The notes under the pieces are model-generated. The model was given only the letters and a program-made list of their open reading frames with translations, did not search any database and was not told the DNA's origin. A DNA stretch of 57,808 nt, counting the filler, from Sphacelaria rigidula (taxonomy: Eukaryota), in NCBI GenBank assembly GCA_964200075.2. It is 7 parts of 7 records of this genome, joined end to end, with 100 filler letters (N's around TTAATTAATTAA, not from the genome) between each part and the next. Parts side by side here need not be neighbours in the genome. Positions count along the whole stretch, not along the records: positions 41,365 to 49,536 come from CAXNAA020012035.1; positions 49,637 to 57,808 come from CAXNAA020012036.1; 5 more parts are not named here. The stretch is one strand, 5' to 3'. Of this stretch, positions 47,818 through 57,808 are shown piece after piece (positions within the stretch are counted from its first letter, which is position 1; each line of letters starts with the position of its first letter). Both the position numbers and the translations under genes were made by a program.

Positions 47818-48488
47818 TGTGGGAGCACATCAGCCAGGGTCACAGGAGGAAGGTTCACTCAGGAGTTTTTTTTATTAGTTCTAGTACTCTACTGTCCTCG
47901 TGCGGTGATCGCCTTAGTTTTCATTGCGAAAATGGTTCAGCGGTTCCTTTCCCTCGTCGACGGTGAAGGCCAACTTTGTGTACCCACGACATAGTCGCTC
48001 TCCATTGTTGAGCATCATATGAGAAAAAGTCCCAGATCGTGTGACTTCAGAGTGGTGCTACGGTAGGGGTGCAAAAATATGTTTTTGAGGTTCAAATTGT
48101 TAGGCGTCCTCTTATCTCATCCAAAAAACAACTCATGAAACATGTGAGAGCACGCCACGACTAGCGTTTCAATTGGCTAGGGGTGTCCCAAATGAATTTA
48201 AAATAGGAAGTTGCTGATCCATGTTTTTTTATAGCTCCGAACTGCAGGACCTCCCGGATGAGAAAGATCTGGGCCCAAATGTACAGTCGCTACCGTAAAT
48301 CTGAAAACGGGAATGTTCAGACCCGTATTCTTGTGCAGCTCTTCGCTTTAGAATCTCCTGAATGGGGAAAAAAACATGGGCCTGAATGTGCAACCCCTAC
48401 CTTAGCATGACTCTTCACCGGTGTTCGAACCCACGTCCCGACCGTCCAAAGGTCTGTAGGCACGCAACTGAGCAACCGGGGCGACAGG
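47818..48488 (-). mobile_element. tRNA-derived SINE, interrupted by a MITE
   Basis: Colinear with 56998-57299 once 48050-48413 is removed. The minus-strand head has an A-box-like ggttgctcagttg and B-box ggttcgaacacc. Confidence 0.8.
48050..48413 (+). mobile_element. MITE with 4-bp TSD (Sola2-like), copy C
   Basis: TIRs gagtggtgctacggtaggggtgca / tgcaacccctaccttagcatgactc. TTCA is duplicated at 48046-48049 and 48414-48417. Confidence 0.85.
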
Positions 48489-49536
48489 CTACAGCTGTAT
48501 GTTTGGGAAATCGCAACATTCGACGCAGCGGCGTGATGTACTGGCGGCGCTGAGAAGTTTCGTCCTATTCTCCCATCCCGCGCGGAAATGTCGAGGGAGT
48601 GAGGCAGGTTCTCATGGAAATAATATATCCCTTTTCAAAAACCCCTTCGGAAGAAATGGTTGGCGATTGGTCGCTGCGATATCACCCCCACTCCGAAAAA
48701 AACAAACAACACAAAAAACAAACAGAAAGTGCCCCGAAACTCCCCTAGGCAAGAGGTATTGCAGGAAGTAGACAAACACTCCCCTGAAATCCCGTTTTGC
48801 AAAGGGGATTTTTTGTGTGCACCTCGAATGGGAACATATACCGTTAACAGGGTCACGTGCAAAGGCTTGCAAGTCAACACAATCAGAGATGAACCTGTGG
48901 AATAAGATGCCTCCGCAAAATAGATACACAGAGCGAGCCGTAGCTGCTCGTCACTTGAGCGCACTGGGCGTGACCTTGCTCGAATTTGTCGAGAACTCAA
49001 TGATGAACGATGATTTGTGTAAGACACGCCTACAGCACACGGACACAAACGGCCAGCAACGGCACGTTTTCGACTATATTTTGACATTCACGCGGCCGCA
49101 CTTCCTCCAACATTAAGCGAATTCCCGTTACACACAGACGGCCGCGCTTAGATGAGCAAAGGCCAGCGCTACAGCTAGTCTGTATGATTGGTGGGTGCTT
49201 TTGTGTGCTTTTTCCCGAGGCTCCGTGTGTAGGTGTTATGCTGCCTTGTTGCGTCTTGTCGGCAGCAGCACGGAGACGTGAAACTAATGACCACTTCCAG
49301 GATCGCCGAATTTCTAAACCCGTGCGCAGATCTGGGCTTTGATCCGGACGATTTTTTTTTCGATAACACTCAAAGTGGTCGCTATGTGGGCAATACCTTT
49401 CCCGATGGTATTCACATTCACAGGGGATAATCCCCTTCGATAGGAACCCACCTAAGACCATTTCTTACGGTTAGTATTTGTTGGGTGGGTGGGGGGGGTG
49501 TACTCATGATCATGCATGCCATAGTCATCAGACCAT

Positions 49537-49636
49537 NNNNNNNNNNNNNNNNNNNNNNNNNNNNNNNNNNNNNNNNNNNNTTAATTAATTAANNNNNNNN
49601 NNNNNNNNNNNNNNNNNNNNNNNNNNNNNNNNNNNN
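49537..49636. other. Artificial contig linker
   Basis: N44-TTAATTAATTAA-N44. Confidence 0.98.
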
Positions 49637-49740
49637 TTATTATTATTATTATTATTATTATTATCATTGCTGTTATCATTGCTGTTATCATGACCATTGT
49701 CGTCATGACCATTGTCGTCATGGTTATCATCATCACGATC
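49637..49740. repeat. (TTA)n and compound trinucleotide repeat
   Basis: Direct reading at the contig start. Confidence 0.85.
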
Positions 49741-50056
49741 GTTTTTGTTCTTGGTTTTGTTTTTTTGTTTCCATTTTTGTTCGTTTTATTTTGAATTTTC
49801 TCGCGTACATGTACGCCGGTGGCATGAACAAAAAAAAGGGGGAGCAAAATCGAGGAGAAGATGAAAATATATACATGTGCATTCGACTGCAATGATGTGA
49901 ACTGCTCCTCGTACCCTCTTACTCATCCTAACGTACATGGACGCAACCTCGAAGGCTTTCCCCCTGAACGTCTTTGTCGTTGACCTGGCGCTGATTGATG
50001 TTGCCCCCGGCAAATGTTTGCTGTCTTTGGATATGACACGTTGCCCAATGCTGCAG

Positions 50057-53000
50057 ATCCCAAGAGGCTACGATGGCACGGAGGTGGCTTCCCGGCCCCG
50101 ATTAAGGTGCGTTTTTTGTGGTGGCGGCGTTGATTATAACAACGGTAACGTAATGTTTGACATTGGAGAGTTTCGGAAATGCTGTTTTGTCATTTCAGAG
50201 TGCGAATATCTCGGGATCAGGTTGTAACGAAAACATGTTTCCCCCTCCGTCGAATGTGGTGTCCCCCTTAATTTTTTTTCGATGAGGTATTTCTCTTTAT
50301 TCTGAGTCACTCTGATCCTGAGATATTAGCTCTCTGAAATGAGAAAAAAACGTCTTCCGAAACTCTCCATTGAAGGCCAACTGGCATGAAGGAAGAAGTA
50401 TTTGTCATCCGTTTAAGAAGTTGCATTGTTTTTGATGTTGCTGAAGCAATCTTTCGATGAGGATGGAGAATATACTCCCAAACACACCGTGGAGTATGAC
50501 AAGAGATGTGAGCACTGCACACGCTTCATTGTTGTTTCCTCGTCTCGGAACAGTTCCGTGCATGAACCGGATGGGTGCTGCGTTTGTGTTGCAGAATATT
50601 TGGTGGTTTTGAATCGGAGAAATTGATTGTACTTGATTACAGAATACTCGGGGTTCGTCGTTGTTTTCATCAGGTGATTCTAGCGACCAAAATTGATTGT
50701 GCGTCATCATTACTCTCTGTCACGTAGTCAGTCATGTTTTTTTTTTTTGCATGGGGTTGTTATGGTATTTGAAGGCGGTGAAGCTCTATCGAGAGATTTT
50801 TTCTTCTTGTCTCAAGTCAAATATTCGGCACGTCAGACGAGCACGAGTATGACTCGTGGCACTCGCTCTCGTTCGGCTACTCTTGGGCCGTGTTTGAAGG
50901 TCTTCGAGCACTCGGGTCACTGCTTGTGGTGAAAAATAATAGGGCGAGCACTCGAGTGATCCTCGTGATGAAGAAAATGAATAACTCGAGCACACGAGTT
51001 ATCTTCGTGATGTTTCCAAGAAACATGAACGTGTGTACTCCTTTCTCGACAGGTGATGACTCGTCGGACGTGAAAAATATTCATGTGTGTGCGCGTGTAA
51101 ACATTGAAAAAAATCAGTCAAAGTCAATGGTTTTCGATATCACGATAATTGATATCCACGTTTGTCTCTCCTCATCTTTTCGCCCACATGCGTCTCTGTT
51201 GTGTAATGTACATCTATATACTGTTTTGTTCTGGTTTCGCTTATTTTCACCTCATCACCTCGTCAATGACGGTGTACATGCGTTGTTTTCAATGGTCGCC
51301 AGGTTCCTGATGCAGACGAAGGATTTGGTTTTGGAGCGAGGATGGACGTACAGTTCGACGTTGTACTTGGCCATCCTCTACGAGTGCATGGCCAGGGAGG
51401 ACTACGCCATGGGATTCATGATGTTCGAGGTGCGTCTATAGTGGGCTGTATTGCCATGCTCCAAAATGTGGAAAATGACACCTTGAGTTTGTTACGCAGC
51501 ACAGTGGGGGTCACGGTTTCGAAAAGCTCAGTTGAAAATAATTGCCGGTTTAAGAGAGGGGAAGAAAGCTTGGCACACCGCTCTCTTGAACCGGAACCTG
51601 GTTTGTCTTACACCGGACCCATTCTCTTGAACCGAACTCTGTTTTCTCTTCAACCGTATCCACTCCCAACCCCCCGCTCTTTTACTGAACAGCACCGTAG
51701 CCCGAGAAACAACACCTCGGTACATCGAGCAGTTTTAACACATGAACCGCTTACAGCCCCACTTGCTTGCAAGTAGGCAGCTCGGGGACCTCGAGGGAGT
51801 AGTAGAGAGGTGCAACGTGACGGAGGTGTTGTACCACCTTCGTGAGGCCCAACTGGCCTGTATGAACGAGTTTGGGTCAAAGAAAACAATATATATTTGC
51901 AAGGCAGACTTGATGTAGCGTTGCAGAAGCTGCCGATGAGCGCATGTCATATGCCCGTTGCTGGGTAGGACGAGTGTAGGTACTTGAGTTTCACCGTTGG
52001 CGAGAGTAGCACTGGTACAGCAGTACAGAGTACAGTTCAACATGTGTGGTTTTCTGTCTTTTTGCCATTCCTCTGTTTTGCGTCCGTGATGAGACGTGTG
52101 TGTGTAGCGCGCTTGTGTTGGGTTGGCCACCCTGTTCACATGATGCGGGGATGACTTTGATACCGCGGAATATATCGATTTCTTCACATCAGGGGGGGAT
52201 CATGCACGATGTGGGTCCCGTAGCGCACAATAATATCGTGTAAACGATGTGAAATGCTTTTTTTCAGCACTTTGATTCGGCACCGCGGCACAAGCGGCCC
52301 TTCAAGGACTGTCAATGATCCATACATCCGCACGTTTTCTCTTGAATAGACTGTTCGGTTTAAGAGAAAACCTCGCTGAAACCGCTTTAGTAAAATGTCG
52401 TGTTTTAGAGAGATTTTGTTGATATGCCACACCCAGTCCTTTTTTGAAACTCACTGACGATTTTTCTTTTCGTGCATCGGCATCATTTCGACCTGAAAAT
52501 GACTGAAAACGATGCCGATTCACAAGCACAAAAATCGTCAGTGGGTTCCAAGTAGGCTTTTACTTACTATGCTAGCACATTTTTTGAAGAATTCGTTCAT
52601 ATTGAAAATAATGTTGAGTCGTTATTTTGTGAAACCGTGCTAGTGTAATGAGTAAAAGCCTAATCCCAAAAGGGTTAAACCGCTACCCCCCCTCCTGTAC
52701 GTGATTGCTGCTCCCAGGTGCGGAAAATACGAAATTCAACCAACCACCCAGCGCCCCCCTCTTGACTGATTGATTGTTGTTATTGTCGTCGTCGTCATCG
52801 TCATCGTCGTCGTTGTTGTCGTTGCTGCGAAACAGGAACGCATGGCAGAAAAGGTGTCTGTACACACAAGACATTGGCCGGAGGTGGAGGCGGCAGAGGA
52901 AAAAATCGCTTTCAAGATGCAGATGCAGTAAGTGATATACATATACATAAACATGTGATATATGTGTTATTTTGTTGATTTTGTATTTTTTACTCCAGTT

Positions 53001-53099
53001 TCCTCCTGACATGGTGCGCTAGACAGCACCGCACATATACCAACTTTGTCCTCCAACAGCGAAGCTCAACAGAATCTTGGTTCTGTACACACTGAATGA
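50057..53099 (+). CDS. 3' exons of a hypothetical, possibly PPR-like helical protein (partial gene)
   Basis: Phase-compatible exons 50057-50106, 51303-51429, 52836-52927 and 53060-53099 (TGA) give IPRGYDGTEVASRPRLRFLMQTKDLVLERGWTYSSTLYLAILYECMAREDYAMGFMMFEERMAEKVSVHTRHWPEVEAAEEKIAFKMQMHEAQQNLGSVHTE*. The LYLAILYEC..GFMMFEE segment resembles one PPR motif; that resemblance is weak. Confidence 0.55.
50822..51079. mobile_element. Intronic MITE, same family as 8490-8856
   Basis: TIRs tattcggcacgtcagacgag / ctcgtcggacgtgaaaaata; internal gagcactcgagt repeats. Confidence 0.75.
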
Positions 53100-56000
53100 C
53101 CATTTGTAAACAACATTTTTCGCCTGCTATTGTTTTTGGTACTGTTGTCTTGATAAGTATTAGCAATAATATTGGTATCGGAATCAGTAATATCCGCCAC
53201 CACCTCTCCTCTCCCGGTGATACTGTCGATGGACTGAAAATGAATATGAAAAAGGACGCTCGGTTGTCAAAACTGACCCCCAGAGCACCTGGGAGTATTC
53301 CTGGTTAGATGAAACGTGTGTAGTACGAAGTCGTTGTTGTTTCTTCGTTTCTAGACAAACTCCCAGGCACACGGCGCCCTCAGAAATGTGGATCGATTAC
53401 TTTTGAATATTCTGCCAGCCCCCCCGCTCCCAGGGTTTTCCCCACCTTGTGCAATTGTTCCGTCGCTCGCCAGAATACGCTGTCTATGGTCTCACCAGCC
53501 TTTGGGTATGCAACACATGAGTCATTCTCCACCCCCTACTAGGCAAGCAGCATACAGATAACTGATGGAGCCCAGACCCCGAATAGCCAGTTTTTCGAAA
53601 GTGTACGGTTTTCACACATGGTTTCGCTATCTATTCTTTTGCCCAAAACATTTCGGCAGGAAAAAAACGAAGAAAAGGTTGGATCAGTGGACATGATAAA
53701 TCTTGATTTTTTCTGGTAAACTACTAGAAATTTCGAAATTTTCATGCAAAATCATTGAAGCACGTGTTTGCAGACAGGGCAGCGTAACCAACTCCCCCTT
53801 TCCGCACCTTCGTTATGCGCCGACGCCACCCGAACTGTACAGGACGCGGCTACCCAAGTACCTCATTTAGGCTGGCGGGGCTCACTTGAACACGAGGGGA
53901 CGGGGATTCCGCGAGACAATAGTTGGCTGTCGCGGTGGAATTGATTTTTTACCCGCATTGGTTCGCTGCGGGGCAATTGCGGTGATTGCGGCGGAATGCT
54001 TGTTTTACCGGCTCGGAGACTGAGTGTGTTTTGGCAGCGAATGACTGAAGTAGTGGTATCGCAAGAGTCGGTTTTTGCCTAGCCTGGCCTGTCGACGTAA
54101 CCTTTGGGTAGACAGAAGAAGGTTATATGTGGCTGTCGATGTTACTTGTGGGTAGACAGAAGGTTATTATAGTGGCGAAGCAGTTTTCTGATTGACTTAA
54201 CAAACTAATCAGGATGTATGATTGGCTGATGTTCCTTGGCGGTTGATTTCGGCTGGTTTCGGGTAATTTTTGTAGCTAGTGAGTAGCCTTGATGGGGTGA
54301 TTTTCCCTTGCATTTCTCTTGTTGGGGAATTCCTCCCCACCCCCCCTTCCCCCGGGGAAGGTGTGTCGGTTGGCGTTATCGATCGAGGAAATCTTCTCAC
54401 ACAAGCAACAGCAATGACATATGATCAATTCTTTGCTTATTTTGAGGAATTAAAGAAAATATCCTATGCTGCTGCATTAGTTTATTTTTCATGGTGATCG
54501 ATCTCCCGGAAGCACCAATCAAAGAGAGATGAACCGAACAAGAAAATGAATATTTTTCGAACGATCACGGAGGGTGGAAGTCGACGAAACAACCAACAAT
54601 AGAATAGAAAAAAAAACTGTTGTCGGGAGGGCGGCGGCCGGAGTGGGGGGTGTGAGTAAGGCCATGTTTCATTTGTAAATTGTGCCGGGGGAGACTTGCG
54701 GCGAAATTGTGCTGATGCCGCGTAGGGGAATGGAGAAACCAGCGTCGGTCCCCTCAACATCTCGGTGTCTGTTGAGGCTGGAGTTGGCGGGGGGAAGGAG
54801 ATACGGTGTGTGCATGTAGATGCCGAGATGCAACTTTGCAGCGCGGGAGTTCCACTGACCGGGTGATCCAGATGAGTGGGGTTGAGTGGGGAGAAATGAA
54901 GAGAGAGGTCGGTGGTGTACGGAACGAGTGAGGCAGTCTTTGTTTTATCAAGTGATCATATGGGTCGTGGAGGACGACCAAGTATCACAACAATTTAAGT
55001 GAAATGGATGTATCGTTGATTGGATGTGACCCATCTGAACATTTTTTTGTTTGATTTTTTCTAATGGATGGGTATGAAGGTGCGCGAGTATCGGTACTGT
55101 AGTCATCGTGTAGATGCGAAAGGAAAAATGCAGCCTCAGGGCGAAGGTCCGGGGGAAGAGGGGGGAGGTAGAACTCAGCATCAACACACGGAAATTTCGG
55201 GTAGGCTCCACGCGCGAGTTTATGGCGAAGTATTCGAAGAGAACATCGCATCTGAATCGTGGTGGTGTTCATGACTCAACTCGACAAGACTTTTTTATAG
55301 GGGGGAGGGGGTGACGCTTTATCACGTTGCATGCAGGAGAACGAAGAAGGTTGTCTTTGAAATGTTCCAAGAACTTTTTTTTTTCTGGTGTCTTCCGGCA
55401 AAAGAAGGGCGAGGACACGTATCATCGTGTTCTCGAGTTGAAACTGGATAAGGTCGAGCCCCTTGAGTTGTAGTTGTAATGGACGCGAAGCTCCGAATAT
55501 TATCTGGCACCTGCTGTGTAGTTGGTGACAGGCAGCGTTATATTTTAAGGCATGAAGTCGAAAACAAGAGAGATTGAGTCGTTCGCGTGAGAGCTTGTCC
55601 GGCGTCATGATGCTGTGGGTGCTCGAAATGGAATGTGACGACGAACGCGGACGTTTGTTTGGTTTCGCATTGGGAGTCCGAGCGTTTGGGTGGGGGGAGG
55701 GGGGAGGGGTGAGGAGAAAGATTGAGGGCTTTTGGAAGGCCGGATTTAGAATCGAGGCAGTCTTGCATGTACTTGAACGTGTCTGTCGGCAGCCGCGGAA
55801 TAATCGCTGTATGTTGTGTTCGATTGTTCCCGCGTTGTTACATATTGTTTTTGTCTTTTTGTAGCTTTTGGTCCCGTGCGTCTGTCTGTCGGTCTGGTGC
55901 GTCAATGCCCCGAGGAGGTGGACGAGAATGGCAGCAATTAAAACGTTCGTGGGGAATTTCGATCTGTCCCCGCCCCTGCCCCCCTCCTTCCCTTTCTTTC

Positions 56001-56309
56001 CATGATGCGTATTGTCCGCATGTGTAGGTGTAGGTGATCCCTGGGGCTTTTATGTTAGTTGTGGTGGTAGTGGTGTTGGTGATGAGATGGATTGAACGAG
56101 GCATGGGTTGCGCTCGTCGGGGAGCGGTTCGTGTGTTCAAAGCAGAACAACACGGAGAATTGAAGTAACACACCAGCAGAACGCCTCTTTTTTTCTTCAC
56201 CATTGCGCATCAGCCGTTTCATTTTATCGGGACCCGCCGTCGAAAGATGCACAAGATTCCCGACCTAGCCACAAATTGAAAACATCGCTCCCATGTTGGC
56301 GTGCACGCG

Positions 56310-56640
56310 GGGGGGGCGTACTCATTTGTGACTTGCCTTGGTCGTTTGACCATTGATCACGCATCCCTCTTGAGACGGAGCACCGTTCCTACTCCCAATG
56401 AAGACACCTCCAACATTTCGGTGCTCATTACGTTTTTGTTCACATTGAGGGAAAAGCTTGCTACATATCTTGGTTCTTTCATGATTCGCCGTCTGTGGCC
56501 AACATCTATCTCCTAGTATAGCCATCGTTTTATCCCGACTGCCTAATGCATAAAAATATTTCATGCCACCTCCGTTTACTTTCCACATTTCCCTCTCCAG
56601 GACGTCTCGTTCCTCCTTGTGCAGTTCACATCCTGCCGCT
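56310..56640 (-). mobile_element. 3' end of a LINE (5'-truncated)
   Basis: Minus-strand peptide CELHKEERDVLEREM..AILGDRCWPQ..SRNGAPSQEGCVINGQTTKASHK*, followed by a C-tract. A second fragment with the same 3' end lies at 36163-36235. LINE assignment is by recognition, not by search. Confidence 0.6.
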
Positions 56641-56997
56641 GTCTGTATTGTCGTCCCATCTATTCTGGACGCGGATCTATACCTTTCGGTGTATAACAAG
56701 GCTTTCGTGAAACGGAGAGTTGGGTGCGGATTGAGAGTGGCTTCGATCTTTCGCTTCAACTTGGCCATTTTTTCATTCTGTGTGTGCTTTTCTTCGTCTC
56801 ATCACTGCCATGTGCTTACAGCTACACGTTGATATTTTACTCGGGAGTATCGAGGGCCTCCATGGCAAGCTACAACAGAGAGAATATTGGGCCCGGTGGA
56901 GGTGTATTTCGGAACTGAAACGGCTTATTCACTAATTGACCGCTTTTTCACTCTCAATCATACCTTCAACTCTCAATCTCACGAAAACGTTGTTGTA

Positions 56998-57299
56998 TGT
57001 GGGCGCACCAGTCGGGGTCACACAGGAGAAAAGTCAACGCAGGAGCTTTTTATTTTTTATTTGTTTTTTGTACCCCACCTTCCTTCTGCGGTGCTCGCCT
57101 TCATTTTTTATCGCGAGAGCGGTTCAGCAGTCCCTTTCCCTCGTCGAATGTCAAGTCGAATTTCGTGTACCCACGACGTAGTCGCTCTCCACTGTTGGGC
57201 ATGATGTGAGAAAAAATCCCAGATTGCTCCGAGATTTGAACCCACGACCCAACCTTCGAGAGGTTTCGAGAGGTTCCACCTAAGCCACCGGGGAGACCG
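56998..57299 (-). mobile_element. tRNA-derived SINE
   Basis: Minus strand starts cggtctccccggtggcttaggtgg (A box) ... gggttcaaatctc (B box), followed by a body of about 220 bp shared with 47818-48045. Confidence 0.8.
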
Positions 57300-57808
57300 A
57301 CTCTGCCACTACATGAGCTATATTCTATCGCTTTGTCACACAGAGGCAATTCTGTGTATGTATCTAAATCCTCCTCATTTTTTGTCGTTTCTTGATATCA
57401 CACCTCCTCCGAGACACGTGCTCCTCGACCTGGAAACACGTGAAGTAATGTTTTGACCGGCGAGTACTTATGTCCCGTGTTGAAATCAAGACACCTACTT
57501 CGAAGCATGTGCTCCTAGAGCTAGCTAGCTACAATCGCCTGAAAGAAGAGATTCCAGTCATGCGCGTTTTCATCGGCTGGCATTTTCGTCTCCCTCGCAC
57601 TCGAAACGCCTCCCTCGAGACGCGTGCTCCTACAGCTCAAAGCAGCTACGCTGGGGGGTTCCGGCCACCGATCGTGTTTTTCGGCAAGCAAACATTTAAC
57701 AGCCGATTTTAAATTTTGGGGCTCATACAAAATATGGGGTTGAAGTGGCATTTCTCCCTTGCACGGAAGACCCGAAACACCAGCGACCTAGCGAAGCCAT
57801 CTTCCCCC

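Noticed and set aside
8174-49636. 8.27-kb periodic TTAATTAATTAA motif as a biological repeat
   Set aside because: It is embedded in fixed-length N runs and is an assembly linker.
50447-50507. Extra exon of the contig-7 gene
   Set aside because: No open frame is phase-compatible with both neighbouring exons.
57225-57299. tRNA gene
   Set aside because: A and B boxes are present, but no convincing cloverleaf forms and the sequence is fused to a repeat body. It is a SINE head.

Overview
Eukaryotic genomic DNA, most likely from a brown alga (Phaeophyceae). This is an inference from an EsV-1-7 repeat gene, short exons in long introns and CA-rich splice acceptors. The window is not contiguous: it is seven separate contigs of 8172-8173 bp joined by artificial N44-TTAATTAATTAA-N44 linkers, so neighbourhood across linkers means nothing. 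Host genes: an intronless EsV-1-7 Cys/His repeat array (11 units of about 38 aa), five exons of a TRAPPC9/Trs120 homologue, five exons of an FDF-motif (LSM14/EDC3-type) P-body protein, four 3' exons of a possibly PPR-like gene, and one long low-complexity ORF. Most of the rest is repeat DNA. This includes a plant-type mariner with Stowaway-like TIRs plus two derivatives, a 2.4 kb LINE pseudogene and LINE fragments, a tRNA-derived SINE family, several MITE families (TA, 4-bp and 7-bp TSDs, one carrying telomere repeats) and several long hairpins. The best candidate for new biology is contig 1: the EsV-1-7 array with localised variable positions, abutting a CAATAT-motif/inverted-repeat element. 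No homology searches were run; all family calls come from motif recognition by eye.
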